DNA of 64,000 nt, from NCBI GenBank assembly GCA_000002435.2, contig CM018791.1. One strand, given 5' to 3'. Shown here one piece after another: positions 1 through 9,956 of the stretch. Every line of letters starts with the position of its first letter. Position 1 is the first letter of the stretch. The notes under the pieces are model-generated. The model saw only the letters and a program-made list of their open reading frames with translations, was not told where the DNA came from and did not search any database. Source of the stretch: Giardia intestinalis. Taxonomy: Eukaryota. The position numbers and the translations under genes were made by a program.

Positions 1-2484
1 AGTGAGGCACGCTTCATATGGAGCCAGAATCCGCACACACTCAATATGGCCTGCCTCTGCTGCAACCATCAGTGCCGTTTTGTTACACGAATAGAAGTTG
101 TTCGGATTCGTGTGCACGTAGGCTTGTAGCTTTGCTTCCTCAATAGCAAGAAGGCGGCAGAGCATGGGACGATTATTATAAGCTGCATACATAAGTGCAG
201 AAAACCCGCTAGAGTCGAACCGCTTTGACTGAGTTTGCATGAAGCAGAATGCTCGATATACGTCATTCTCCAGGACAGCATCCATCAGATCTGTGAACCC
301 ACTAGGGTACTTATCAGGAGAACAGAGATGGAAGGTGCTCGTATCAGTACTAACAGTCCCGTCTTGGCTATGTCCTAACTGTAAATCTTTAGACGAGGAC
401 TCTCTGACGTACACTGGCTCTGGACCCTCATAAGGGACAAGCGCCAGGGCAGTTTCCATGTTGTTGACCGCGATGGCCAAGTATAGTGCGTTCCTTCCAT
501 TTTTGTCTGTCATGTTACCTTCGAGAGAGCACAGGAGTTGAAGTAACTCAGAGTTGACGGAAACTTCTTGATGGAAACGACTTCTTTTGAGCCTGCGCAG
601 ATCGGTAGACGTACTTAGTGCCGATGTTGATAAAGCAGTAGTTGAGCGAAGAGTATTATCTGCAGGCGGAGGGAAAGATCGCGTGCTAGATTGGCTGCAC
701 ATGATAGACATATCCGATGGAATGTCTATTGTGCTAGGATATGCTAAATGATAAGCCTCGTACTCGTCCAATGAGACACTCCCCCCAGTAATAGCATAAT
801 GCATAAGCGCTGTTCGACCATTGATGTCACGCATTCCTGCTTCCGACTGCATAAGAAGCTTGCACAACTTAAGGTTGCCAATTGCCGCCGCACGCATAAA
901 GGCGGTCTGCCCTTGATTGTCTGCATACTTACACTGCCGTGGAAGCCATGACCAGACCCCTACAAGGTCATTGTTCTCTGCTGCTCTCATTAAATTTGTA
1001 ACCCCGTTGCCATCTATGTTAGGAGCGCGATTATCTATTCCTTCATACTTCAGGAGAATAGCAGCACATTCAAGATGCTCCAGCTCGAGTGCAAGACTTA
1101 AAGCTGTTGTCCCATCTAGCAAGAAGCAATTACTTTCAAGAGGCGCCAATTCCCTCACAGCATCAATGGCATCCATCTCTACGGCAATCATTAGAGCGGT
1201 CTTGCCTTTCTTGTTTCGTCGTCCTGCATAGCCCTTTAACTTACTTAAGTCGTTGAGACTAGCCTCCTGCACCGCCAGGTGTAGCGGCGTATTTCCATCC
1301 TCGTCAGGACTAACTGGTGCATCCAAAAGAGTAGCCTGTTCAACATCCGGCTCCGTATGCGTATCGACCTTCAGCGATGTCTTGGAAAGCAGCTCGTGAA
1401 GCTTTTGCTCAGACGGAGCTGTGCGTCGGTATATAATTCCCTGGACTTCACGCAGCAGCAATATTTCGGAAGCACTTGGAAGAGGTTTTGCAGGGTCTTT
1501 TGATGTTAGTGAACGCAGAAATGACTGAAAGTTAGAAGAATATGTAACTGGGATATTTCCTGCTTCAGAAAAGGTCGCCAACTCATGCAGTATAATTCCT
1601 GCGTCCCGGATATCATCCTCTGGAGTTATCAAAATAAGCGATTCCGGCTCACCATCTGATACCCCTACCTCTAAATTGCGATACCCACTGAGTAAGGGCA
1701 GACCCACGGTGAGCTCATAGTCTGAACGAGATGAATAGTCGCACACAATAGTTGATGTAGAAAGGTTTCCATGGGGAAGTGGCAACGACTGATGGTTTTC
1801 CCCGGCACCGAATGAATGTCTAGCTCCACTTTTAATCTCCAGGTCCAACGGGCTGTGCATGACGGCAAGAAGGTTGAACAGCTGAGCGGCAATGTCCCAT
1901 AACGTCGACTCACAGATGAGCTGCCCCTTATTCTGGTACATGCTGCATATCTCTTTGAGCGTATGGCCCTTTGGTTCACAGGGTTCATAGCTAGCGGCAA
2001 GATAGTCAGACACAGCCCCAGTAGATGTCAAGAAACCGTCATAGAAGTGATCATATGTTCTAAGGTTCTCGTGTCGAAATAGCTTAAGGTTGTTGTAGCG
2101 CTGTTTTAGGTCGCGCTTGGGGCCCTCTTCCAAACCTTCTATGCAGAATGACACGAAGACGTGTGGTGTACTACTGCTTGGATGTGTACATAAATGTTTT
2201 CCCTGAAGCCCGCGGGTTTCGGTACTGTCAGGAATCAGCTTGTATGGATGCGGGGGCTCGAAGGGTGCAAATACCTTAGGGACATGTGCTTCTGAAGGAG
2301 GCAACTGGTCCTTATCAGAAATATTCTTAACAGATCCCGATTTCTTGGTCTTCTGTAATTTAGAGGGCGCCCTTGCCCCTCCCTTCCCTTTTGAAGCACC
2401 TTTAGCATTCGATTGTCCGCTAGAAGCTTGCTTGGACCCAGCTCTTGAAGAATCCTTGGTTGAGGTAGTCTTCTTTGGCGGCAT
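1..2484 (-). CDS. Ankyrin-repeat protein (Giardia Protein 21.1 / NEK-like pseudokinase family); 3' end truncated by the window edge. Not in the supplied ORF track.
   Basis: Manual minus-strand translation gives 828 uninterrupted codons from ATG at 2484..2482, with an in-frame TGA immediately upstream, down to position 1 without a stop. The N-terminus is basic and low-complexity (MPPKKTTSTKDSS...). A kinase-lobe-like stretch follows (LKEICSMYQNKGQLICESTLWDIAAQLFNLLAVMHS). Ankyrin repeats with the TALM signature then follow (DGNTPLHLAVQEA, GKTALMIAVEMDAIDAVRELAPLE, NGRTALMHYAITGG, NKTALMVAAEAGHIECVRILAPYEA). The ORF track missed it because its stop lies beyond the window start. Confidence 0.8.
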   Translation of the reverse strand, partial: MPPKKTTSTKDSSRAGSKQASSGQSNAKGASKGKGGARAPSKLQKTKKSGSVKNISDKDQLPPSEAHVPKVFAPFEPPHPYKLIPDSTETRGLQGKHLCTHPSSSTPHVFVSFCIEGLEEGPKRDLKQRYNNLKLFRHENLRTYDHFYDGFLTSTGAVSDYLAASYEPCEPKGHTLKEICSMYQNKGQLICESTLWDIAAQLFNLLAVMHSPLDLEIKSGARHSFGAGENHQSLPLPHGNLSTSTIVCDYSSRSDYELTVGLPLLSGYRNLEVGVSDGEPESLILITPEDDIRDAGIILHELATFSEAGNIPVTYSSNFQSFLRSLTSKDPAKPLPSASEILLLREVQGIIYRRTAPSEQKLHELLSKTSLKVDTHTEPDVEQATLLDAPVSPDEDGNTPLHLAVQEASLNDLSKLKGYAGRRNKKGKTALMIAVEMDAIDAVRELAPLESNCFLLDGTTALSLALELEHLECAAILLKYEGIDNRAPNIDGNGVTNLMRAAENNDLVGVWSWLPRQCKYADNQGQTAFMRAAAIGNLKLCKLLMQSEAGMRDINGRTALMHYAITGGSVSLDEYEAYHLAYPSTIDIPSDMSIMCSQSSTRSFPPPADNTLRSTTALSTSALSTSTDLRRLKRSRFHQEVSVNSELLQLLCSLEGNMTDKNGRNALYLAIAVNNMETALALVPYEGPEPVYVRESSSKDLQLGHSQDGTVSTDTSTFHLCSPDKYPSGFTDLMDAVLENDVYRAFCFMQTQSKRFDSSGFSALMYAAYNNRPMLCRLLAIEEAKLQAYVHTNPNNFYSCNKTALMVAAEAGHIECVRILAPYEACLT

Positions 2485-2499
2485 TGTTCAAAGTTTATT

Positions 2500-5400
2500 T
2501 TAAAGAATAGAGGATTGCAAAAGAGAAATGGTACTCTGCAGGTTGACGATTGCAACTTCTGGACATCGCTTAGAGAGAGCTTCTAAGATGAAGCGGGCAT
2601 ACTTCTTCTCTCTCTCCTCAGAAAGTAATAGGGTTACCATCTCGGTATGCCCATGAGTAGATGCATAATAAAGAGCAGAATACTTGCTCTTTTTGAGTAG
2701 GCCAGCTTCATAGGGTAACAGGAGAGACGCCGCTTGGAGGTGTCCGTTCCTGGCTGCGGTCATCAGAGCCGTCCACCCATCCTTCATCTGCACTTGTGCT
2801 TCTGCAGGTATGAGGACACTAACTACCTCATCCATGTTATAGGCCGCTGCGTACATAAGTGCTGTCCAACCCTCTGCATTCTGCATCCGTGCCTCCTTAT
2901 CGATCAAAAGACTTACGGTACTGGCATGCCCGTTGATGGCTGCAGCCATCAATGCTGTTCTTCCCTTTCCGCTATCCTTCATTCGTGCTTCTGGCGTTTC
3001 TGCCAGCGCAACCACAGCACCATCGTATCCGTGAGATGCTGCAATCATCAATGCCGTGACATCTTCCCACAGGACTTTTGTGGCTGGATAAGAGCGCACT
3101 GTTCTCCCTAGTTGAGTAGGGTATTCCCTAATAATGACGTCTACCAAATCTGTAAGGCCAAGCTCAATAACCTGCATCAACACCGTCAATCCATCAAGTT
3201 CCTTAGTTCTGTCTTGCAGGTGAAGAAACCGGAGGATCAGCTCTGGATCTTGTTTCCGAATAGCACGCTGTAGCTGATTCATTCCCTTGTCGTCGAAGAC
3301 CTCCACGATATCAAGCATGTCCACAATTTGGGGGTTTTCCTCACGCCAGTGTTGCTCTAAGAGGGCGCGCGCTGTAGTGCCATCCTTTGCTACTAGATGT
3401 TCTTCGTGCCGTAATTGCAGGATGCAATTTATGTCCCCAAAGATGCATGCATACATTAGCGCAGTATAACCACGTTTGTCTTGCAGACCCAGCTGGAAGC
3501 GATAGGACCATACACCAGGAAGGTCTCCGTTTTCAGCCGCTTGCATAAGCTCCGTGTGTCTACCCTGGATTCGTGAAGCCAAATCAGCATCTGGGTACCC
3601 CTCGTACGGGGTCAGTATTTTAGCGATATTCTCATTCCCGTGCTCTATAGCAACATACAGCGCTGTATAGTATGGTCTGCCATTTGTCAGGGTCTTCTCG
3701 TGTGGTGCCAGAAGCTTGACGGCGGCGCTGTTATTGTATCTAGCCGCCCACATCAGAGCAGTCCTCTGGGTGTCATCATGAAGCCCCTTTTCATGCTCCA
3801 ATAGAAGCGGAATAATAGCAACATCGTCACAGATTGCGGCGATGATTAGAGCCGTTGCACCTGGAACAAAGGGATTTATACTAGAGGTATCTGCTCTACT
3901 AAGAAGGACAGTGTCTGGCAAGGCTTCACTGGTTGCAATAAGGTGCTGCCCAGCCTCCTTTAGGAGTAACTTTACTATATTGTACAATGCATACTCCTGA
4001 TAGGTATCACGCTTTACCCCATTCTGAGCTGCGAAGTACTTAGATGCTGAGGCGTGCATGAGTGCAGTATAACCATCTCCTCCTGTATTTCCCAGTTCAG
4101 AGACCCATAAGAATACTTCGAACTCAAGATAGTTCTCCACAGCATTGAGCAGCCGCTGATAATCATTAGCCACAGCCCTATCTATGCTATCGTCATCACT
4201 ATCTATCTGATATTCTTGTAAAATCAGTGATCGTTCGGCAGCAAATACGACCTCAAAGATGTCTATATTTCTATATAAATAAGCAAGCTCTGATGCGAAC
4301 ACTTTTGCTGATACCACATAATTCCCCTCCAACCCTTTGCTAAAGTATGATTTCCCTTTTTCAAGATCCAAAAGAAGCTGCACAATATCAACAGATCCCA
4401 TCTTCACGGCACGGTGGAGGGCAGTCCTACCAGAGAAGTCCACAACTCCTGCTTCCAGCGGTACCAAAAGCTTAATGATTGCCAGAGACGCCTTACTTTC
4501 CACGGCACACATAAGAGCAGTTCGTCCATTTATGTCCTGCCACTTGTGCTGTCTAGGAAGCCAGGACCACACTGCAACGATGTCTCCTGCTATGGTAGCG
4601 CGCATTAGATCTGTCTGGTTCAAGGCATCGATATGTGGGTCTTTAGTTGAGACACCCTCCACATCCGTAAGTATTCTGGCAACGTCATAATGCTCTGAGT
4701 ACAACGCGTAATATAGAGCAGTATGGCCCTGTTTTGTAAACAATCCACCCTCATGGAAGACAAGAATATTGGCACCATCGCTCCAGCCCTCGATGGCACA
4801 AAGCATGAGGGCCGTGTGTCCATCTTGATTGAACCGTTTGGCATATTCCAAATTACGGCCGACTGCCTCTAAGTCTCTATCCAATACTGCCCGGTGGAGC
4901 ATAGTGTTCCCAACGCTGGCCGACGACAAGTATAATACAGATATGCCTAGGTCAACACTACTATCCATACGGCTTGTCTCGCGCGCAGATGGGTCACGAA
5001 AGACACTTGCTACTCTAGGGTAGCCGGCGCTATTACCTGCTGACATTACAGAGGTATGCTCTGCGAAAATAGAGCTCTCGTTGACGACCAGTAGCTCGCT
5101 AAGGTTCTCTGCATGCTCTTGAACTACGGACCTCGCACTCTGAGAGGTTGCTGCACGTTCTGCAGCTATGGGGTCTGTAACGTGCTTAATGTTCGGCAGC
5201 GAGGCTGCCTCTTTAAGATGACGATAAATCTCTAGAGGTGTGCGCGTCTGTACACTTGCAGATGACTGGCTCCTCTCTCTGAACTCAAGGTGTGTGAATG
5301 GAAGTAGCGCCTCGGTGACTCGTTGGGAAAGTAGCAAATTTGATACAACAGGTTTATCGTGTAGGCAGAGAGAACGAAGGGCCAGAATAAACTGCTTCAG

Positions 5401-6258
5401 ATCAGGAGAAAACCGCCGATGATCTAGAGAGGATAACTCAGCCTGGTAATCCTTTGATTCAAAAGGCTGTACGCCGGATGTACAAAGGTCGCAAAGGAGA
5501 AGTGCAATGATATATATTGAATAGATGTCCTTAGCAAAGGAACTGCTTGATGGATTCATGGATGGAAGGTGGGGTGGAACTAGCTTTATAGTATGAGTGA
5601 CAGGATCATAGAAGATGGTATCCGGCCGTATCCTTCCATGGTTGATTGAAATGGACTGCTCAGATGGGATTCCTGTCTTAATACTACTGTGGAGATAAGA
5701 TAGAACGGATACCAATTGTGCTAAAATGGCCCAAACTTCTTCTTCAGCAAAACTGTATATTGAGGTCTTAGTGATCACAGAATGAACAAGAGCAGAGTGG
5801 TTCGATGACGACAATCCTCCATTCTCTTCGCTAAGATCCTCAATAGTCGTGTCGTTGATGAGGGCCAGAAGCTCGCGCTCTACTTTACTCGCTTCCTCAG
5901 TATGGCTAAGACCATCCATTTCGTCCGCAAACGAGTTCATATCTGCACAGTTCTTACCAAACACATCTTCATTGCTCAGCTCTTTTTGGCCACCAAGGAG
6001 CTTAGCCAAAGACGGAAAGCTGGCCTTCTCCATCCATACCATGAGATTAGATTGACCTGAGCACTGAATGCTAAGGCATCTGAGAAGGTTTCTGTGAGAA
6101 AGGTGCTTTACAAGGGAGAGAAGATCACGGTTTCCCGCAATAGCCACAGCCAGGTCTTCGTCCAGAGCATCTCTACGCAAAATGGCAGAACAAGGCGGAT
6201 CGGCCCACTCGACGATCTGTGTATGGTTCCCAATAACAGTGGCGGGGGTTGTAGCCAT
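2500..6258 (-). CDS. Ankyrin-repeat protein with N-terminal degenerate NEK-like (pseudo)kinase domain
   Basis: 1252-aa ORF with a verified ATG start. The N-terminal ~300 aa show kinase subdomain-like stretches (LVKHLSHRNLLRCLSIQ, VWAILAQLVSVLSYLHSS, INHGRIRPDTIFYDP, IKLVPP) but no VAIK, HRD or DFG. The remainder is more than 20 ankyrin repeats with G(W/R)TALM motifs. Confidence 0.85.
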   Translation of the reverse strand: MATTPATVIGNHTQIVEWADPPCSAILRRDALDEDLAVAIAGNRDLLSLVKHLSHRNLLRCLSIQCSGQSNLMVWMEKASFPSLAKLLGGQKELSNEDVFGKNCADMNSFADEMDGLSHTEEASKVERELLALINDTTIEDLSEENGGLSSSNHSALVHSVITKTSIYSFAEEEVWAILAQLVSVLSYLHSSIKTGIPSEQSISINHGRIRPDTIFYDPVTHTIKLVPPHLPSMNPSSSSFAKDIYSIYIIALLLCDLCTSGVQPFESKDYQAELSSLDHRRFSPDLKQFILALRSLCLHDKPVVSNLLLSQRVTEALLPFTHLEFRERSQSSASVQTRTPLEIYRHLKEAASLPNIKHVTDPIAAERAATSQSARSVVQEHAENLSELLVVNESSIFAEHTSVMSAGNSAGYPRVASVFRDPSARETSRMDSSVDLGISVLYLSSASVGNTMLHRAVLDRDLEAVGRNLEYAKRFNQDGHTALMLCAIEGWSDGANILVFHEGGLFTKQGHTALYYALYSEHYDVARILTDVEGVSTKDPHIDALNQTDLMRATIAGDIVAVWSWLPRQHKWQDINGRTALMCAVESKASLAIIKLLVPLEAGVVDFSGRTALHRAVKMGSVDIVQLLLDLEKGKSYFSKGLEGNYVVSAKVFASELAYLYRNIDIFEVVFAAERSLILQEYQIDSDDDSIDRAVANDYQRLLNAVENYLEFEVFLWVSELGNTGGDGYTALMHASASKYFAAQNGVKRDTYQEYALYNIVKLLLKEAGQHLIATSEALPDTVLLSRADTSSINPFVPGATALIIAAICDDVAIIPLLLEHEKGLHDDTQRTALMWAARYNNSAAVKLLAPHEKTLTNGRPYYTALYVAIEHGNENIAKILTPYEGYPDADLASRIQGRHTELMQAAENGDLPGVWSYRFQLGLQDKRGYTALMYACIFGDINCILQLRHEEHLVAKDGTTARALLEQHWREENPQIVDMLDIVEVFDDKGMNQLQRAIRKQDPELILRFLHLQDRTKELDGLTVLMQVIELGLTDLVDVIIREYPTQLGRTVRSYPATKVLWEDVTALMIAASHGYDGAVVALAETPEARMKDSGKGRTALMAAAINGHASTVSLLIDKEARMQNAEGWTALMYAAAYNMDEVVSVLIPAEAQVQMKDGWTALMTAARNGHLQAASLLLPYEAGLLKKSKYSALYYASTHGHTEMVTLLLSEEREKKYARFILEALSKRCPEVAIVNLQSTISLLQSSIL

Positions 6259-6308
6259 ACAAAAAGACTAGTGCCCGATTTCTAAATCTTTGCGGCGCCA
6301 GCCGAGTC

Positions 6309-6334
6309 CATAAATTAAAAAATACGCTTTCACC
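6309..6334 (+). promoter_or_regulatory. AT-rich initiator-like element immediately upstream of the ATG (Giardia-type minimal promoter)
   Basis: cataaattaaaaaatacgctttcacc directly abuts ATG at 6335. Similar AATTAAAA-like blocks precede the starts at 15445 (ggaaattaaaactc), 42799 (tttaattaaaaaatttatag), 12598 (ttaaaaaataagtacg), 28576 (ttcaatttacataaa) and 57121 on the minus strand. Confidence 0.45.
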
Positions 6335-7018
6335 ATGACAACAAGCTCCCACTACCCCCCTCAATCGGACACGTTTACAACAATAATACACACACATGAG
6401 CCAGAAAACGAATCCTGGACACATCTTGCATCTGCAGCTGCCTCAGGTCATGTCGAATTAGTCAGAAAGTACATGAGAGATAGCCCTCAAATACCAATAG
6501 AGGGACAGATCCACTTCGGCTGGCATGCATTTCCAAAGCCGACGCCTCTTATTTTGGCGGCTGGCCACGGCCACCTTGACTGTGTTCGCTTGCTGATGAA
6601 AGATGGAGCCGGTTCCACCACATCGATGGACCAGACGGCCCTTATGGCAGCATCTGCAGGCTGCTACCCAGATATAGTATCAGAGCTTATGGATAAGGAG
6701 GCAGGCCGGGCTGACAAGAATGGATGGACAGCTCTAATGTACGCCGCTGATAGGGGCTGTGTGCCCGTTTGCCAAATGCTTGTTAAACTAGAAGCAAACC
6801 GAACAAGTTTGCGCTCTGAGACCGCCTTAATTCTTGCCGCGACTACTAACAAGAAGCAGGTAGTGGAGATTCTGGCGCCGTATGAAGCATCAGAAAGCGG
6901 CCTCCTCGCCATGGAGCTTACCTCAGACGAGGAGATCCGCAGAATAATTCACAAATACCTTTCGGATGATGCTATTCAAACTCTTATGGACAATGGGGAT
7001 CAGTACGTCTTTGAATGA
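6335..7018 (+). CDS. Small ankyrin-repeat protein (Protein 21.1-like)
   Basis: 227 aa with ATG at 6335. Repeats include TPLILAAGHGHLDCVRLLMKDGAG, QTALMAASAGCYPDIVSELMDKEAG and GWTALMYAADRGCVPVCQMLVKLEA. An AT-rich initiator (cataaattaaaaaatacgctttcacc) lies directly upstream. Confidence 0.8.
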   Translation: MTTSSHYPPQSDTFTTIIHTHEPENESWTHLASAAASGHVELVRKYMRDSPQIPIEGQIHFGWHAFPKPTPLILAAGHGHLDCVRLLMKDGAGSTTSMDQTALMAASAGCYPDIVSELMDKEAGRADKNGWTALMYAADRGCVPVCQMLVKLEANRTSLRSETALILAATTNKKQVVEILAPYEASESGLLAMELTSDEEIRRIIHKYLSDDAIQTLMDNGDQYVFE

Positions 7019-7080
7019 TTTCTTCGTGCTTCGACGGTAGGTAATGAGCAGTAAACCTCTCTAAAGTTTGAAGAGCTGGC

Positions 7081-8454
7081 TTACTTTAAAATCTCCTGTT
7101 TCAGCTTCTCGACCATATCTTTGTTGGCTAGGAGCTCTTTCTCTAGGGTTGTCAGGCGAGCAAGAATGGTGGGCAAGTCTGCAACCAGTTCTCTGAGATC
7201 ATGCAATCTCCGCGGATTGTCCTCAGCCAGGATCTCTTGCTTCTTGGTAATGACCTTGAGCGTGCCGTCTAGCTCCTTTTGATACTTGATTACACGCAGC
7301 ACTAGTTCCGGGTTAAATACGTTAACCGTTTTGTTCATCTTTGCAATCTTTTCTGCACTGACATTTTGTTTTGCTTCGAGAGCCTTAATGCGGGCCATAA
7401 GCTCAGTGATTAACTTGGCCTGTGCATCTACAGTGTTCTGTAAAGCCACAAGCTCCTGGCGGTTCTCTACTCCCATTGCATGCATGCTTGTTGTTATGGC
7501 ATTGTGCAAAAACCCTGAGCTGATATCTGCGAGCTCTGCTGTTATGGCGGCAGTATCCCACTTAATACCTTGGCCAGGCGCAAGTGCAGGAATAGACTTT
7601 TTTCTGGACAGTGTCGCCTTCCTAGGGTAAGTGGGCTGCTGAACATTTTCCTGGACACTTTCACTGGTAGTGAACTGAATTGCAGATTTCGAACGCGGGA
7701 GAAACTGATGGGTTGCTGATCCTATTGGTATTGCAACAGTGGTGTTGTTAAGGGAGGCCGGAGGCGCTGGTCTCGTATCGGCCTTGGATTTATCGCCAAA
7801 CATGGCCATAAATGAGCCTGCGAAGCTGATTTTCTGGCCTGACTTAGCTGATAGTGGTGGCTGATAGGTCCTCGATGACTTATTGGGGGGAGATGGTGCT
7901 ACTGAATCAGTAAGGGGGGTGTCTTGAAGTAAAAGAGGCACAGTGTCGAAGAGTTCGCTTTGGAGGGCAGTAATACTGTCGTCGTCTTTGTAACATCTGA
8001 CGCTACTGGCGACACTGTTGGTCTCGCTAACTGAATCGTTGGGGCTGGTGAGGAGTACATGCTTACTGGGTCTACTTTCAATGGCAGTCACACCATCTGC
8101 TGCTAGCACAACTGAGCCAGGCGGTGAAGCAACAGGGGGCCCCTCCCTTGCCGTGCTAACCGGACCGATGGCGTTCAATCTGGTATCCAGTGACGTTGGT
8201 GGTTTTCTTCGCCTGAATGGCTTCTGCTGCATGTCAACACCTAGGGAATTGTTGCAATGAGAGTAGTGACTCTGACTTTGCGTCAAGTTAGAGAGATAGA
8301 TACTGTCAGATGAACTCAAATCATTGAACATGCCTATGCCTGCGGAAGCTGTGTTACTTAATTGAGCAGCCGACTCATCAATTTTGATGGTAGGGCCCTC
8401 ATAATTTGCATAGGATGAAGATAGGGTAGGGTTAGGTGGGGCAAATTTAAGCAT
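7081..8454 (-). CDS. Hypothetical protein, Ser/Thr/Pro-rich with C-terminal coiled coil
   Basis: 457 aa with a verified ATG. The first two-thirds are low-complexity. The C-terminal 150 aa have heptad character (LITELMARIKALEAKQNVSAEKIAKMNK ... LEKELLANKDMVEKLKQEILK). No recognised catalytic motif. Confidence 0.6.
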   Translation of the reverse strand: MLKFAPPNPTLSSSYANYEGPTIKIDESAAQLSNTASAGIGMFNDLSSSDSIYLSNLTQSQSHYSHCNNSLGVDMQQKPFRRRKPPTSLDTRLNAIGPVSTAREGPPVASPPGSVVLAADGVTAIESRPSKHVLLTSPNDSVSETNSVASSVRCYKDDDSITALQSELFDTVPLLLQDTPLTDSVAPSPPNKSSRTYQPPLSAKSGQKISFAGSFMAMFGDKSKADTRPAPPASLNNTTVAIPIGSATHQFLPRSKSAIQFTTSESVQENVQQPTYPRKATLSRKKSIPALAPGQGIKWDTAAITAELADISSGFLHNAITTSMHAMGVENRQELVALQNTVDAQAKLITELMARIKALEAKQNVSAEKIAKMNKTVNVFNPELVLRVIKYQKELDGTLKVITKKQEILAEDNPRRLHDLRELVADLPTILARLTTLEKELLANKDMVEKLKQEILK

Positions 8455-8616
8455 TAAATTTTAGCACACGGTGTTCAGAACTTCTACAAAGCCCTTACTG
8501 CCCGGACCTAAAATTAGGTTTAAGAAGTCAGCCTGGCGCTCGCTTCAAAAAATAACTTAAGACATACTTTTGGGTTCTAAGGGCGAAATCTTTGGCTTTT
8601 TCACCGTCGATTCTCC

Positions 8617-9951
8617 ATGTCGCGTAGAGCAGCGATCAGTTACCTCCAGCCTGCAAAGCGCATACGTCCGTCTGCATTTAACATTAATTATTTGGAGCAA
8701 AACAAGAGCTATGGAGTGAGTACAGCCCCGCCTCTATTATCTCACCGAAGGCTATCACTGCGTCTGGAGTCCGATGAGGAGAGTAGCTCTGCACACAGTC
8801 AGTTCTCTTTGCCAAATAGTCCTACAAATTTTGCTCTGCTAGGATCAGAGGATAGTCAAGCTGCAAGCGAATACGATAGCAGACATCCGAAGCATACATG
8901 TTCCTTTCAAAAGCATAAGCAATCAAACACTTCGAAAAAGCCTGCACATACGTCTCCGCTGGCTTTACGCCACCCCCCTCACATACTTAAAACTCAATGG
9001 ATCAGCCGTTCAGCTCCCGTTTTGCCCAAGCTCCATCCGCCGACCGCCGTATCTTCTCATTCCAAGCCAGACCCAGCAACTACCTTTGCATCCAAATACA
9101 ACAAGGGAATGATCTTAGACTTCGGTGCATATGCAAAGGTGTATCGTTGCACACGAAAGTCTGACGGTGCAGCCCTCGCTGTGAAGGAGGCGCACGTGTT
9201 CGGCCCCTACAAGGAACAGCTCCTCCATTCTTGCAATATATTGCTCAATATTGACCATCCCCTCTTGACAAGAGTTGTGGACTATATCTATGACAGCACC
9301 GAGGAGAGGGTCTACGTCATCTCTGACCTGTATGAATATGGCTCGGTTTACTCCAAGCTTAAGGCCGAGAGGAGGAACTACAGCACAAGCTATCCTGATG
9401 AAAGAGTAGTCTGGGATATATCTTCGCAGCTGATCGACGCCCTTGAGTTTCTTCACAACCCTGAGAAAAATGGGTTTGGTGTAATCGTACATAGAGACAT
9501 TTCCCTGAAGAATATATTGGTTAGTGATATCGTTACAAAAAAGATAATAGTCATTCTATCTATCCTGGCTGTCGAGCTTGTCGGTAACTCGAAGACAGTA
9601 CAGCTGGTTGGCTGTCCCACATACGCAGCCCCAGAAGTGCTCTGCGGGTCGGAGTATGACGAAAAGGCTGACATTTGGTCTCTAGGGTGTGCTATCTATG
9701 AGGTGTGCAAAGGATATCAGCTGTTTTATAACGAGGCAATATCAGATATTATCAGAGCGCAGTACAGTAAGCCTGCAATCAACCTTGGGGTATATAGTGA
9801 GGATCTTCAGGAGTTCATCAAATCTCTGCTTGTGCTGGATCCGAATAAGCGTATTACCGCCAGTGAGGCTGCTAAGCACCCTAAGGTTATGGAAGCCAGA
9901 CAGCGCCTGGATTCTGGAGCTTCTGCAGGGTATGGGTGGTTCACCGGATGA
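8617..9951 (+). CDS. NEK-like protein kinase, probably a pseudokinase
   Basis: 444 aa with ATG at 8617. Has the VAIK-type lysine (LAVKEA), the catalytic loop (VHRDISLKNILV) and the APE region (TYAAPEV ... DIWSLGCAIYEV). The Gly-loop is degenerate (FGAYAKVY) and the DFG position reads ILSILAVELVG. The N-terminal 150 aa are low-complexity. Confidence 0.8.
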   Translation: MSRRAAISYLQPAKRIRPSAFNINYLEQNKSYGVSTAPPLLSHRRLSLRLESDEESSSAHSQFSLPNSPTNFALLGSEDSQAASEYDSRHPKHTCSFQKHKQSNTSKKPAHTSPLALRHPPHILKTQWISRSAPVLPKLHPPTAVSSHSKPDPATTFASKYNKGMILDFGAYAKVYRCTRKSDGAALAVKEAHVFGPYKEQLLHSCNILLNIDHPLLTRVVDYIYDSTEERVYVISDLYEYGSVYSKLKAERRNYSTSYPDERVVWDISSQLIDALEFLHNPEKNGFGVIVHRDISLKNILVSDIVTKKIIVILSILAVELVGNSKTVQLVGCPTYAAPEVLCGSEYDEKADIWSLGCAIYEVCKGYQLFYNEAISDIIRAQYSKPAINLGVYSEDLQEFIKSLLVLDPNKRITASEAAKHPKVMEARQRLDSGASAGYGWFTG

Positions 9952-9956
9952 TGTGT

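Noticed and set aside
195-225. tRNA B-box-like GGTTCGACTCT (minus strand) near position 210
   Set aside because: It lies inside the ankyrin coding frame. No A-box or cloverleaf could be built around it, and a single mismatch to the consensus makes it a chance occurrence.
2485-2502. Reading 1..2484 and 2500..6258 as one gene split by a stop (both are in the same frame)
   Set aside because: Two in-frame stops (TAA and TGA) separated by three codons precede the ATG. This is a clean gene boundary rather than a single premature stop, unlike the 60984 case.
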